64,000 bases of DNA from Octopus vulgaris (taxonomy: Eukaryota): assembly GCA_951406725.2 (NCBI GenBank), contig OX597822.1, positions 63,612,001 through 63,676,000 of the forward strand. The letters are read 5' to 3'. A program made the translations under genes and the position numbers. This document shows, piece after piece, positions 27,514 through 39,175 of the stretch. How positions within the stretch are numbered: position 1 is the first letter of the stretch; each line of letters begins with the position of its first letter. The notes below the pieces were generated by a model. It had not been told where the DNA came from and did not search any database. It saw only the letters and a program-made list of their open reading frames with translations.

Positions 27514-27797
27514 CACATGTATATATATCATCATCATAATCATGTATATATATCATTATCATCATCATCATGTGGCATGTACCACCTTAAAGGGTTTTAG
27601 TCGAAGAAATTGACCCCCAGGTCATATTCTTTGTAAGCCTAGTACTTATTGTATTGGTCTCTTTTGCCGAACCACTAAGTTACAGAGACATGAATACACC
27701 AGCATTGGTTGTGAAATGATGGCAGGGGGACAAACACATAGACACAGATAAATATGTACATATATACACACACATATATACACATACATATATATAC

Positions 27798-27834
<37 letters not shown>

Positions 27835-28080
27835 TTCCTATATATATATGTATTATATATGTTTGTATATATATATATATGTGTATATATATCTATATAT
27901 ATGTATATACATGTATGTATATATATATACATACACATGTATCATCAGCATACATCATCATGTATATATATCATTATCATCATCATGTGGCATGTACCAC
28001 CTTAAAGGGTTTTAGTCGAAGAAATTGACCCTCAGGTCGTATTCTTTGTAAGTCTAGTATTTATCGTATTGATCTCTTTT
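27194..28080 (+). repeat. Tandem triplication of a SINE-A tail plus microsatellite unit (~385-415 bp)
   Basis: gtaccaccttaaa.ggttttagtcgaagaaattgaccc starts at 27194, 27578 and 27994. Confidence 0.85.
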
Positions 28081-28168
28081 TCTTCTCCCTCTTACCTCTT
28101 GTATGCAACATACATCAACACGTCTCTGTTCAAGCATCTCTACAACCTCTCTAGACCTACCTTTCAGT

Positions 28169-28202
<34 letters not shown>

Positions 28203-29207
28203 ATGGACTTCTTTCAGTTTCTGTCTACGAAATCCACTCACAAGGCTTTGGTTAGACTGAGGCTGTAGTAGAACACACTTGCCCAAGGTGCTGTGCAGTG
28301 GGACTGAACCCAGAATCATGTGTTTGAGAAGCAAGCTTCTTACCACACAGCCATTCTTGTGTCTGTGTGTGTATGTGTGTGTGTATATTTTACCTTTTAC
28401 TTGTTTCAGTCATTAGACTGTGGCCATACTGGGGCACTACCTTGAAGAATTCTAGTTGAATGAATCAAGCCCAATACTTTTTTTTTTAAAGCGTGGTACT
28501 TATTCTATCGGTCTCTTTATATTCTTTTATTCTCTTACTTGTTTCAGTCATTTGAATGCGGCCATGCTGGAGCACCACCATAAAGGGTTTTTTACTTGAA
28601 GAAATCGACCCCATGTCTTATTCTTTTGTTAAGCCTGTACTTATTCTATCGGTCTTCTTTGCTGAACTGCTAAGTTACAGGGATGTAGACACACCAACAT
28701 TGGTTGTCACGCGATAGTGGTGGTAGTGCATGTGGTGGGGGTGGGACAAACACAAAGACAAAGATAGACATAAATACACACACACACACACATACACACA
28801 TATGAAGGGCTTCTTTCAGTTTCCGTCTACCAAATCCACTCCCAAGGCTTTGGTCAGCCTGAGGCTATAGTTGAATACACCAGCCCAAGGTGCCATGCAG
28901 TGGGACTGAACCCAGAACCATGTGGTTGAGAAGCAATCTTCTTACCATACAGCCACATATACGTAATATGTACAGGTGTGGCTGTGTGGTTAAGAAGTTT
29001 ACTTCCCAACCATGTTTTTTTTTTTAGTTCAGTGTAGCACCTTGGGCAAGTGTCTTCTACTGGTCAGCATTCTGAAGCAGCTGTGTCTCAAATATCTACA
29101 CTCTACTACATTCCATGTCAACTGTCAGTGTCCACTGTGATTGTCCAGCTTTCATACTCTTCAGGAAAGATCATATTTATATACATTATGTTATATTTAT
29201 ATCTATA

Positions 29208-29694
29208 ACTCTTTACTCTTTTACTTGTTTCAGTCATTTGACTGCGGCCATGCTGGAGCACCGCCTTTAGTCGAGAAAATCGACCCCAGGACTTATTCTT
29301 TGTAAGCCTAGTACTTACTCTATCGGTCTCTTTTGCTGAACCACTAAGTTACAGGGACGTAGCCAAACCGCTAAGTTACAGGGACGTAGCCAAACCGCTA
29401 AGTTACAGGGACGTAGCCAAACCGCTAAGTTACAGGGACGTAAACACACCAGCATCAGTTGTCAAGCAATGTTGGGGGGACAAACATATACACACACATA
29501 CATATTTATATATATATATATACATATATACGACGGGCTTCTTTCAGTTTCCGTCTACCAAATCCACTCACAAGGCTTTGGTCAGCCCAAGGCTATAGTA
29601 GAAGACACTTGTCCAAGGTTCCACGCAATGGGAACTGAACCCAGAACCATGTGGTTGGTAAGCAAGCTACTTACCACACAGCCACTCCTGTGCC
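29208..29694 (-). mobile_element. SINE family A with an internal 27-bp tandem amplification
   Basis: Full-length match; aaccgctaagttacagggacgtagcca repeated ~3.8 times at 29339-29442. Confidence 0.9.
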
Positions 29695-31035
29695 TATAAT
29701 ATCGATTTCTTTTAATTATTCATAGGATTATATGATTCAATGATCACACAGATGTCAATGATATTTTCTGAAACTTGAAGGAAAGAAAGTTTGATTCAAC
29801 ACCAAATGAATATAAATTCTGAATAGTACAGCACTAAACAATACAAATTTTAGTATCCATACTGTATTTAAACCTCATTTTGTCTTATCAGCTTTGATAT
29901 AGTCATGGTCACTAGCTCTTTAGCTACATTCTATATAATATACAGACATTCGATATTTCATATTTGCCGGTATAAAATTGACTGTTAAAACTGACATTAA
30001 TTACATACAAGACCATAACAGCTAATAAAAGTCAATTAATGTTGTACCAGAAAAGCATTTAACCTTCCTATAAAATAATTCTGATACTAAATTTACTAAT
30101 GATTGTTGGAGGTAGTTGCAAGTAGGTTGTTGATGTATAGATGATAGAGGGTAGGTCAGAGAAGGAGAGAGAGAGAGAGAGAGAGAATTCAGTACATGCT
30201 GAAATTGTGTGGTATGACAGGAAGTTTTCGATGTAAAAGAGACAAGAGATGGATTTAGCCCATAAGCAGGAAGCTTAACCAGGAGATGCACGTATCAGAT
30301 ATGACACAAATGTTTTGCGTATGTTAATTGAAACAACATTGTTGTCACCAAAACCCTCAAGGATGAAGACCCAGTGAGAAATCACACAAGAAGAGGGCAG
30401 ATCTCTAGTAGATCTGAATTTACAGAAGCCATATTTGTGGATAGCGAGGAAGGAGAGAGCCTTTAGGTGTTAAAAATAGGTGATCGGTAACAATAGTTTT
30501 CATTATCTTTGATTTACTGGAGGTCAGAAGTCAGATGGGTTATCCTTTATTTATTTATTTTTTTTTTAGATAATGGGGCATACTGTAGTATGTTTACAAA
30601 GATCAGGATAGATTAGATCCCTGGAGAAAGACAGAGAGGGGATGAGAGAGGAGTGTGGTTAAGAGAGTCATTGAATAGTTTGGTGAAGATAGAAGTTAGG
30701 TCTGGAATGCACTGTCTGGGGGCAATGCAAAGGACATTGTCAGGGATGATGGTTTCGCTGTTTTGAACTGATCAGAAGCATTTTCACATTTGAGGTTCTA
30801 TGTGTCCATGATGACATGGTGAAGAAAGTTTGGGGATAGTTCGGCTGAGTGTATGCAGTGTGCATTTGATTGTAAAATGGGTAGTAAATGTTTGAAAAGT
30901 GGTAGATTAAAGGCTTCTGAAAAGTTGAAGATAATTTTGGCAAGTGATCAAGATGAATGGCTGCTATTTGAGAGATGGAAGAACTTGCAGGCTGTGTAAA
31001 GCATGATAGTATATTTGGCATTATTTCAGATGGAA

Positions 31036-31256
31036 AAGGTGGGGAGCTGGCAGAATTATTAGCACACTGGGTGAAATGCTATGTGGTATTTCGTCTGCTA
31101 TTACATTCTGAGTTCAAATTCCACCGCAGTCAGCTTTGCCTTTCATCCTTTCGGGGTCAATTAAATAAGTACCAGTTGATGTAATTGACTCAATCCCTTT
31201 GTCTGTCCTTACTTGTCCCTTCTATGTTTAGTCCCCAGTGGGCAATAAAGAAATAA
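31036..31256 (+). mobile_element. SINE family B monomer
   Basis: 14-bp TSD attatttcagatgg (31020-31033, 31256-31269). Confidence 0.9.
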
Positions 31257-31399
31257 TTATTTCAGATGGGAGTCTTGCAGGAATTGCAATGGTGGGTAAA
31301 AGCCAGCCAGTAGTTAAATGTATATGACTTGTTTCTTTTGCAGAAACTATTAGAGTTCAGACTAGTTAATAATATTGTTAACTCTACTATATTTGTTAT

Positions 31400-31563
31400 A
31401 GGTGAGGGAGTGGCTGTAAGGTAAGTAGCTTGCTTACCAACCACATGGTTCTGAGTTCATTCCCACTGCGTGGCACCTTGGGCAAGTGTCTTCTACTATA
31501 GCCTTGGGCCGACCAAAGCCTTGTGAGTGGATTTGGTAGACGGAAACTGAAAGAAGCTCATTG

Positions 31564-31598
<35 letters not shown>

Positions 31599-31806
31599 AT
31601 GTTTGTGTGTCTGTGTTTGTTCTTCCTCAACATCGCTTGACAACCGATGATGGTGTGTTTAGGTCCCTGTAACTTAGCAGTTCGGCAAAAGAGACCGATA
31701 GAATAAGTACTAGGCTTACAAAGAATAAGTCCTGGGATCGATTTACTTGACTAAAAGGCAGTGCTCCAGCACGGTCACAGTCAAATGACTGAAACAAGCA
31801 AAAGAG
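31400..31806 (+). mobile_element. SINE family A (nested in the old LINE)
   Basis: Direct full-length match to 41611-42020. Confidence 0.9.
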
Positions 31807-32140
31807 GCCTTGAAGTGCCAGATGGTCAGGAGGGTGGGGTGAGGGGAGATTGCTGTGTATTGTTTGAATGTGTAGTGGATAGTCAAGATTAGGTAATGAT
31901 TAGAAAATCCAAGAGGTGCAGAGATGATGATGGCTTGGCAGAAGCTGGGATTAGGGAAGTCTTTGTGTCTGTCACATGGAGGGGGATAGAGCTTATTGTT
32001 GAAGAGAGTTTTATCCATCCATCCAGTCAGCCATCTAACCATCCATCCAATCAGCCAGCCAGCCAGCCCATTATTCCTGGGGTTGTTGTTGGGGTAGAGT
32101 TCTTAGGCACTTCCTCTGTAGGTTTTGATTAAAAGCAATT

Positions 32141-32554
32141 ATTCTTTTATTCTTTTTTACTTGTTTCAGTCATTTGACTGCATCCATGCTGGAGCACCAC
32201 CTTTAGTTGAATCAAATCGACCCCAGGACTTATTCTTTGTAAGCCTGGTACTAATTCTATCAGTTTCTTTTGCCGAACCGCTAAGTTACAGGGACCTAAA
32301 CACACCAGCATCAGTTGTCAAGCAATGTGGGGGAGACAAACACAGACACACAAACATATGCACACCAATACATATGTATATACATATATACGACGAGCTT
32401 CTTTCAGTTTCCGTCTACCAAATCTACTCACAAGGCTTTGAACGGCTCGAGGCTATAGTAGAAGACACTTGCCCAAGGTGCCATGCAGTGGGACTGAACC
32501 CAGAACCATGTGGTTGGTAAGGAAGCTACTTACCACACAGCCACTCCTATGCCT
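32141..32554 (-). mobile_element. SINE family A (nested in the old LINE)
   Basis: Full-length reverse-complement match. Confidence 0.9.
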
Positions 32555-32725
32555 ATTATCACTACACTTTCTGGCTGGATTCTCAAGCATGACTAGCTGA
32601 GACTATAGACAAATCATCCAACCATCTTGTTCTTGGTCTACCTCATTGGTTTCCTGCTAATTGACTTGGCTTGAAGCTGGTAGCATCAGTGCAGGATGAG
32701 TAAAGTAATCCACACTCGTCTACAT

Positions 32726-33030
32726 CAGTGCTACTCAAAGTGGTGGCCCGCGAACCGGTGCCTGTCCACAAGCCATCAGCTGCCAGTACGCAGTGAGTTT
32801 GCAGAAAAGAAAGAAACATTATAAAAAGCTTATAAAATGTTTATGTAATATTGTATTATTTGTTTACAAAATAAATATTAGATTAAAAAAAAATTGTCAA
32901 CTTTTATTATATTCATCATATATATTGTTTTCGGTATAAATTAATACGACCAAGAAATTTTACCTTTCCCTGGCACATTGGAAAAAAAAAATCTAGTGGT
33001 ACGCCATATCAGATAGTTTGAGAAGCATTG
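32726..33030. mobile_element. hAT (Charlie-like) MITE
   Basis: TIR cagtgctactcaaa / tttgagaagcattg; 8-bp TSD gtctacat (32718-32725) / gtctacgt (33031-33038). Confidence 0.85.
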
Positions 33031-33292
33031 GTCTACGTTACAGGCATCAATGACAACTTCAGAAATGGATGAAATGAGCTAGATGTTCTTGGTTCAAGAT
33101 GAGAGGTGGTTGAACAGCTGTTGGTGGCTGGAGGAGGTTGGAAAGCAGTAAGAGTAGCAAATTTAAGGGAGACTTTGATCCAGAGTAGTCCTTATTGTTG
33201 ATATTCAAGCGAGAGAAGTGGGAAGAGTAGAGTCTACATATTTTCCATATACAGTTAGCACCTATGTATGTATGTATGTATGTATGTATGTA

Positions 33293-33402
33293 GAGGAGTA
33301 GGGGCCGAAACCGGCGTGGTTCCTCCTGATGATGTCTTGAGCTAACTGGATCCTATAAAGGAGCTGTTGTGGTAGCAGACCACGAAACACAGTTGTAATT
33401 CC
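33293..33402 (+). mobile_element. Short insert in (TATG)n with hammerhead-like words; probable Penelope pLTR remnant
   Basis: ggccGAAAccggcgtggtt, CTGATGA at 33326-33332 and cGAAAc at ~33384; flanked on both sides by (tatg)n. Confidence 0.4.
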
Positions 33403-33508
33403 TGTATGTATGTATGTATGTATGTATGGATGGATGGATGGATGGAATGATGGATGGATGGATGTGTGTGTATCTATCTCTTTCTCCTTCTCTCTCTCCC
33501 CCTCTCTT

Positions 33509-33541
<33 letters not shown>

Positions 33542-33788
33542 CTTTACATATATGTATGTATGGATGTATCTATCTTTCTGTGTGTATGTATGTGAGTTCA
33601 GGTATTTATGTGTGTATCTATGTGTGTGTATATGTATGTATGTATCTAGCCATCCATCTGTGTGTGTATGTGTGTGTGTATGTGTGTGTATGCATGTATG
33701 TCTGTCTGGCTGTTTATATGTATGTTTGTATGAATATGTGTATGTGAGCATGTATGTATGTATGTTTATGTATTTATGTGACGTGTCA

Positions 33789-33870
<82 letters not shown>

Positions 33871-34033
33871 AAATTAAAGTATTAACTGAAACCTACTTCT
33901 TTGAAATGTCAGAAAAAATTTGATAAGGTATTCTGATTATGAAATTACTAAATATCAGCTCAACATTTGCTACTAGGTCTCTCTTCTTTGTATGTTTCTG
34001 GAACAGTTGGTTAACGGTGGTGGTGGTGGCAGC

Positions 34034-34077
<44 letters not shown>

Positions 34078-34379
34078 AGACAATACACAGAATTAACCTT
34101 CCACCTTGATGCGAAGTGACCAAACAATTCAATCTTGGAGGATAAACACTTCGTGCTATTTGATTTATCAGACAATTTCAGAAAATATTGATTTCCTTTT
34201 GATTAAACATCAGGCCATATATACATATATATATATATATATAGACACACACACTCGCACATATATATAAATATATATATATACATAAATGTTTTTGTTA
34301 CATTATGGTAAAAACGCTTTTACATTAAACTGAAGGATTACTCGATGCATTTTGTAGAGTACAGATTTATTAATTTACC

Positions 34380-34517
34380 ATTCTTTAACAAGCGTAGTAT
34401 TGACAGTGACTTCAAAGTTTCTGACAGCTAAGCCATCATCAAATATTCCACAATCTGAGGATGGCTTAAATGGCCAAAACTTCAATATCGCTGTCTATAC
34501 TATTCATGTTCAAGAAT
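34380..34517. mobile_element. Older degenerate palindrome with hammerhead-like motifs
   Basis: Arms are imperfect reverse complements. + arm: CTGAGGA-TGGC..GCC-AAAAC-TTCAAT-ATC. - arm: TTGATGA-TGGC..GTCA-GAAAC-TTTGAA-GTC. Lies between TA-rich microsatellites. Confidence 0.55.
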
Positions 34518-34533
34518 AATATATATATGTATA

Positions 34534-34597
<64 letters not shown>

Positions 34598-35105
34598 ATT
34601 CAATATAAAATAGTGTACATTTAAACACAAAGAGAAATTACTTATTACAGGTAATTTCTACACGCTAGGAAGGAGACAGTCAAAACAACTGAAGACCACA
34701 AAATAAATTTAAGCAATTTCAAAGGGAATGAAAAATAAAAACTTTTACCTTGTTTTTTACGGTTATACCTATAGGTTTTGGATTTTTTTAGTAACTAAAA
34801 TAATTTAATTTACCAGGCAAATCCTCTTCAGTAACCGAGCCATCCAAGACTAACCTATAATTATGAGACCGATCATTATCATCACCATCATCATTTAACG
34901 TCCATTTTCCATACTGGCATGGATTGGATGGTTTGACAGGAGCTGGTTTGGCAGAAGACTGCACAGTCTTCTCTGTCTGTTTTAACTCTGATTAAATTAA
35001 TTCCTCCTACATGGCTGGTCGTACTTATACTATTAATCCCTAGAAAAACAAAAGGCAAAATTTACCTTAACTAGATTTGAAACCAGAACTGAAGGAAACA
35101 TAATT

Positions 35106-35783
35106 AAACGAGCACTCAGAGATCATAAACCTCCACCAAGGCAACACCAACGTCCTCCTCAACGATTAGACGGAGATGATTTTTGAAATGAGAATCATCA
35201 TCATCATCATCGTTTAACGTCCGTTTTCCATGCTAGCATGGGTTGGACGGTTCAACTGGGGTCTGGGAAGCCAGGAGGCTTGCGCCAAGCCCAGTCTTAT
35301 CTAGCAGTGTTTCTACGGCTGGATGCCTTTCCTAACACCAACCACTCCAAGAGTGTAGTGGGTGCTTTTTACGTGCCACCTGCACAGGTGCCAGATGAGG
35401 CTGGCAAACGGCCACAAAAAGAAAATGACTCTCCTCAGACACAAGAGAATTATTGTAATGTGTCCAAAGAAAAAATGAAAAACATCTACAATGATATCTT
35501 AGCTAAGATAGGGAAAACCAAATGCTAAATAAACTCAACTGCTCTCACAAATGAGAAAACTAAAAAAGAACCCGACCATTCTCAAAAATTAAGTCAAAAA
35601 AGAAACGGAAAAATAATCCAGAATCCTTGTCCAGTACCTGATTGATCCCAAAATCACGAGGTCAAACGTCCTTGAAAGTTTCATCCGAATCCATCAAGCG
35701 GTTCTTGAGATATCTTTTCCACAGACAAATGAACAAATGTGCCTGAAAACAGTACCTCCACCTTTACTAAGGCAGAGGTAATA
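35106..35783 (+). mobile_element. Helentron-associated (HINE-like) non-autonomous element with a nested SINE (~35195-35412)
   Basis: Sub-terminal acctccaccaagg near the left end; 3' hairpin tacctccacctt-tact-aaggcagaggta; aagtttcat..aatccatca..ttcttgagatat..acagacaaa body typical of these elements. Confidence 0.55.
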
Positions 35784-36269
35784 AATAGCTCCATGCATTT
35801 TGATGAGCACTTTAATGATTTCTGCTACTCATTCCTCCTATTCCCTATTGGCTTTCGTTTCTTTTTAAGGATATTGTATACTGTGTTGCAGTTATGATAG
35901 AGTTTGGAGCTTCAATCCTCCTTCTATATAACTCTCTCACCATTAAAAATATATATATATATATATAAATTAATAAATTTTTAGTATATTTTTTTCCCAA
36001 TTATAAAGGAAAATAGCAGGACTGACATTCCACAGTTGTCCATACTGATGATAAGGTCACATAGCTATGACACTTTGTTATAAACCTTGGTGAAAATTTT
36101 TAATATCCCCATCTCCACTGCCCTAAAAGCAAAACAACAACAACAACAAAAACCCTATCTTACTTCCATAACCATTAACTACAAACAACTGAGTCAGATA
36201 ATGTAATGTGAAATTAAAATATAAGGATATATGAAAAGAGAAGAATGGTTTAGCTGCTATTAAGAGAGA

Positions 36270-37085
36270 TATGTATGTGTGTATGTATGTATGTATGTAT
36301 GCATGTGTGTGTATGTAGGCATGTGAGTGTATGTATGCATGTGAGTGTATGTATGCATGTGAGTGTATGTATGTATGCATGTGTGTATATGTGTGTGTGT
36401 GTACATGTATATGTGTGTATGTATATGTATGCATACATGCATGTGTGTATGTGCTTATATGCATGTATGTAATGTATGTATGTATGTATGTATGTATGTA
36501 TGTATGTATGTATGTGATGTATGTATGTATGTATGTATGTATGTATGTATGTATGTATGTATGTATGTATGTATGTGATGTATGTATGTATGTATGTATG
36601 TATGTATGTATGTATGTATGTATGTGATGTATGTATGTATGTATGTATGTGATGTATGTATGTATGTATGTATGTATGTATGTGATGTATGTATGTATGT
36701 ATGTATGTATGTATGTATGTATGTATGTATGTATGTATGTATGTATGTATGTATGTGATGTATGTATGTATGTATGTATGTATGTATGTATGTATGTATG
36801 TATGTATGTGATGTATGTATGTATGTATGTATGTGATGTATGTATGTATGTATGTATGTATGTATGTATGTATGTGATGTATGTATGTATGTATGTATGT
36901 ATGTGATGTATGTATGTATGTATGTATGTATGTATGTATGTATGTGATGTATGTATGTATGTATGTATGTGATGTATGTATGTATGTGATGTATGTATGT
37001 ATGTATGTATGTGATGTATGTATGTATGTATGTATGTATGTATGTATGTATGTGTGTATGTATGTATGTATGTATGTGTATGTGC
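36270..37085. repeat. ~800-bp (TATG)n microsatellite with periodic gtga interruptions
   Basis: Direct reading. Confidence 0.95.
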
Positions 37086-37384
37086 ATTTGTGTGTGTCTG
37101 TGTGTCTTGTATACAAGTGGTTGGGACATAGTTATGTTTCTAGTAGCTCTCTATTTGACTAACAGACACTTAAGAGAACATGGTAATGTTTATTCTTAAA
37201 CAGAGAGAGGGAGAGAGAGAGAGAGAGAGAGAGAGAAGAAAGAAAGAAGAACCAAAGTCGTTGTAGTGGTGGTGGTGGTGGTGGTGGTGGTGGTTGTGAT
37301 GGTGGTTGTTAAATGAATGCATAAGGAAAACATTTTTGATGAATTGTACAACTTTTCCTCTTCTTGAACATCATCATCGTAATC

Positions 37385-37920
37385 ATCATCACAGTTGTTG
37401 CCACCACAACCACCACCACCACCACTACAACCGACACCACCACCACCACTCATTACTACACCAACACTACCACTACTCACCACTACACCAACACTACCGC
37501 TGTCACCACCACCACCACTATCACTGCTATCGTTGATGCCACCACCAACCTCACTACTGCCACCACACTACTGCCATTACCATCGCTGATGTCATCACTA
37601 CTACAATCACCACCACCACACCCACACCACCACCACCACCACCCACACCACCACCACCACTATCACCACCACTGTTGGTGCCACCACCATGGCAACCACA
37701 ACTGCCACTCACCACCACTGCTGCAACCACCACTACAACCATCACCATCACCACCACTGCTGTTGCAGTTGCTACCATCACCACCACCACTACTCACCAC
37801 CACTACTGCCACCAGTACTGCTTCTGCTATCACCATTGCTGCCACCACCACCACCACCACCACCACCATCACCACCACCACCACCACAACCACCACCATC
37901 ATTACTTCACTGCCACCACT
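37385..37920. repeat. Degenerate (CAC)n trinucleotide tract
   Basis: Direct reading. Confidence 0.9.
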
Positions 37921-38520
37921 TTAAACCATTGTTACCAGGACCACTCCAACCAGCTGAGTTCTATCCATCTCCACTCTGTTCCCACCCCATTCCCACCCCT
38001 TTTTATCATCGTTACCATTGCAAATCTGCAACCAGCCATCATCTCTTAACAATGTAGCTGTGATAAAACACCTCAGGGGATTGTTCTGCATACTAATTAC
38101 AAATATGGTTGGGTCTCACTTATGTAATGTATAGTGAGTTAAAAATATTCAAGAAGCTGAGATTATCCATGCAATCAGAAGACAAAAACTCCCCATTAGG
38201 AGTCTTTAATAACTGATAAACAACAAGATAATTTCAATAAAATAACAATCGAAATTTATTTGAAAATATAGAAAATGCAATATTAAGAAGGGATCTGTCT
38301 ATTTAAAAGCCAACTGGGGAGGTAACAGGTTTGTTTCAGTCTTATTGGACCTTCTCAGTGAAGACTATTTTACTCGGTTGGCAAAGTTTAAAAAGTAATC
38401 ACTACATATCCATGGTGCTGCTCCAGCATGACTGCAGCGAATAAAAGAATATATATAAATTTATTCTCTCTCTATCTGTGTGTATATACATACATAAATA
38501 CACACACACACACACACACA

Positions 38521-38705
38521 ATTGCAGAGTGGCAGGTGTTTATAAGCCATTTAAGAAACATACAAAAACCGTTAGATTCACTTCAGCATTTAAATTTAAT
38601 TTGCCAAAATATTTTCGGCGCTTTGAGGTCGCCACCTGTTCACTGACAAAATTCCGTGCTGCATCTGTTTCTTAAATGGCTTATAAACACCTTCCAAGCT
38701 GCAAT
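38521..38705. mobile_element. Element bounded by ~40-bp inverted repeats (fold-back or Penelope-like remnant)
   Basis: attgcag..aggtgtttataagccatttaagaaaca ... tgtttcttaaatggcttataaacacct..ctgcaat, including a 27-bp perfect core; adjacent to (CA)n and (TA)n. Confidence 0.6.
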
Positions 38706-39018
38706 CGTTTTCATTCCAGCACACAATCTCAGATCAGGTCACTTGCTTTGCAAGTACATCTCCGTAATATATATGTATATATATATATATATTGTTTGTC
38801 TTTTACTTGTTTCAGTAATTTTTTTACTGTGGCCATGCTTCGGCACTACCTTGAAAAGTTTTATTCAAACAAATCAACCCAGGACTTATTTTTTAAAAGC
38901 CTGGTAGTTATTTTATCGTTTGCTTTTGCTGAAGTGCTAAGTTACAAAGATGCAAACACACCAACACCAGTTGTTGAATGGTGGTGAGGGAGACAAACAT
39001 AGACATAAAGACAAACAC

Positions 39019-39061
<43 letters not shown>

Positions 39062-39120
39062 GATATACACCTGCTTGTTGTTCCTACACCTGTCTTTTTC
39101 TTTTGTTTTCTGTAAATTCG

Positions 39121-39175
<55 letters not shown>

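Larger units (their letters stand above)
30200..33270 (-). mobile_element. Old CR1/L2/Jockey-group LINE ORF2 (APE endonuclease plus RT N-half), broken by nested SINEs and a hAT MITE
   Basis: Collinear minus-strand motifs: LWIKVSL..QLFNHLSS (~33150), SAPLGFSNHYLI..WHF (~31900, PLG.SDH), PDNVLCIAPRQCIPDLTSIFTKLFNDSL (~30700), YPDLCKHTTVCPI (~30590), VVSINIRKTF (~30325, D..KAFD), LLVKLPAYGLNPSL (~30270). Confidence 0.8.

Noticed and set aside
29339-29442. CRISPR-like regular repeats (also the SINE B arrays)
   Set aside because: Units are contiguous with no unique spacers, there are no cas genes, and the context is eukaryotic SINE sequence.
32125-32520. Recurring peptides such as DGLLSVSVYQIHSQGFGRPEAIVEDTCPRCHAVGL
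   Set aside because: Antisense translation of SINE family A; the repetition reflects SINE copy number, not a gene family.
36250-38057. His/Thr/Pro- and YIHT-rich ORFs
   Set aside because: Products of (TATG)n and (CAC)n tracts, open in several frames at once.
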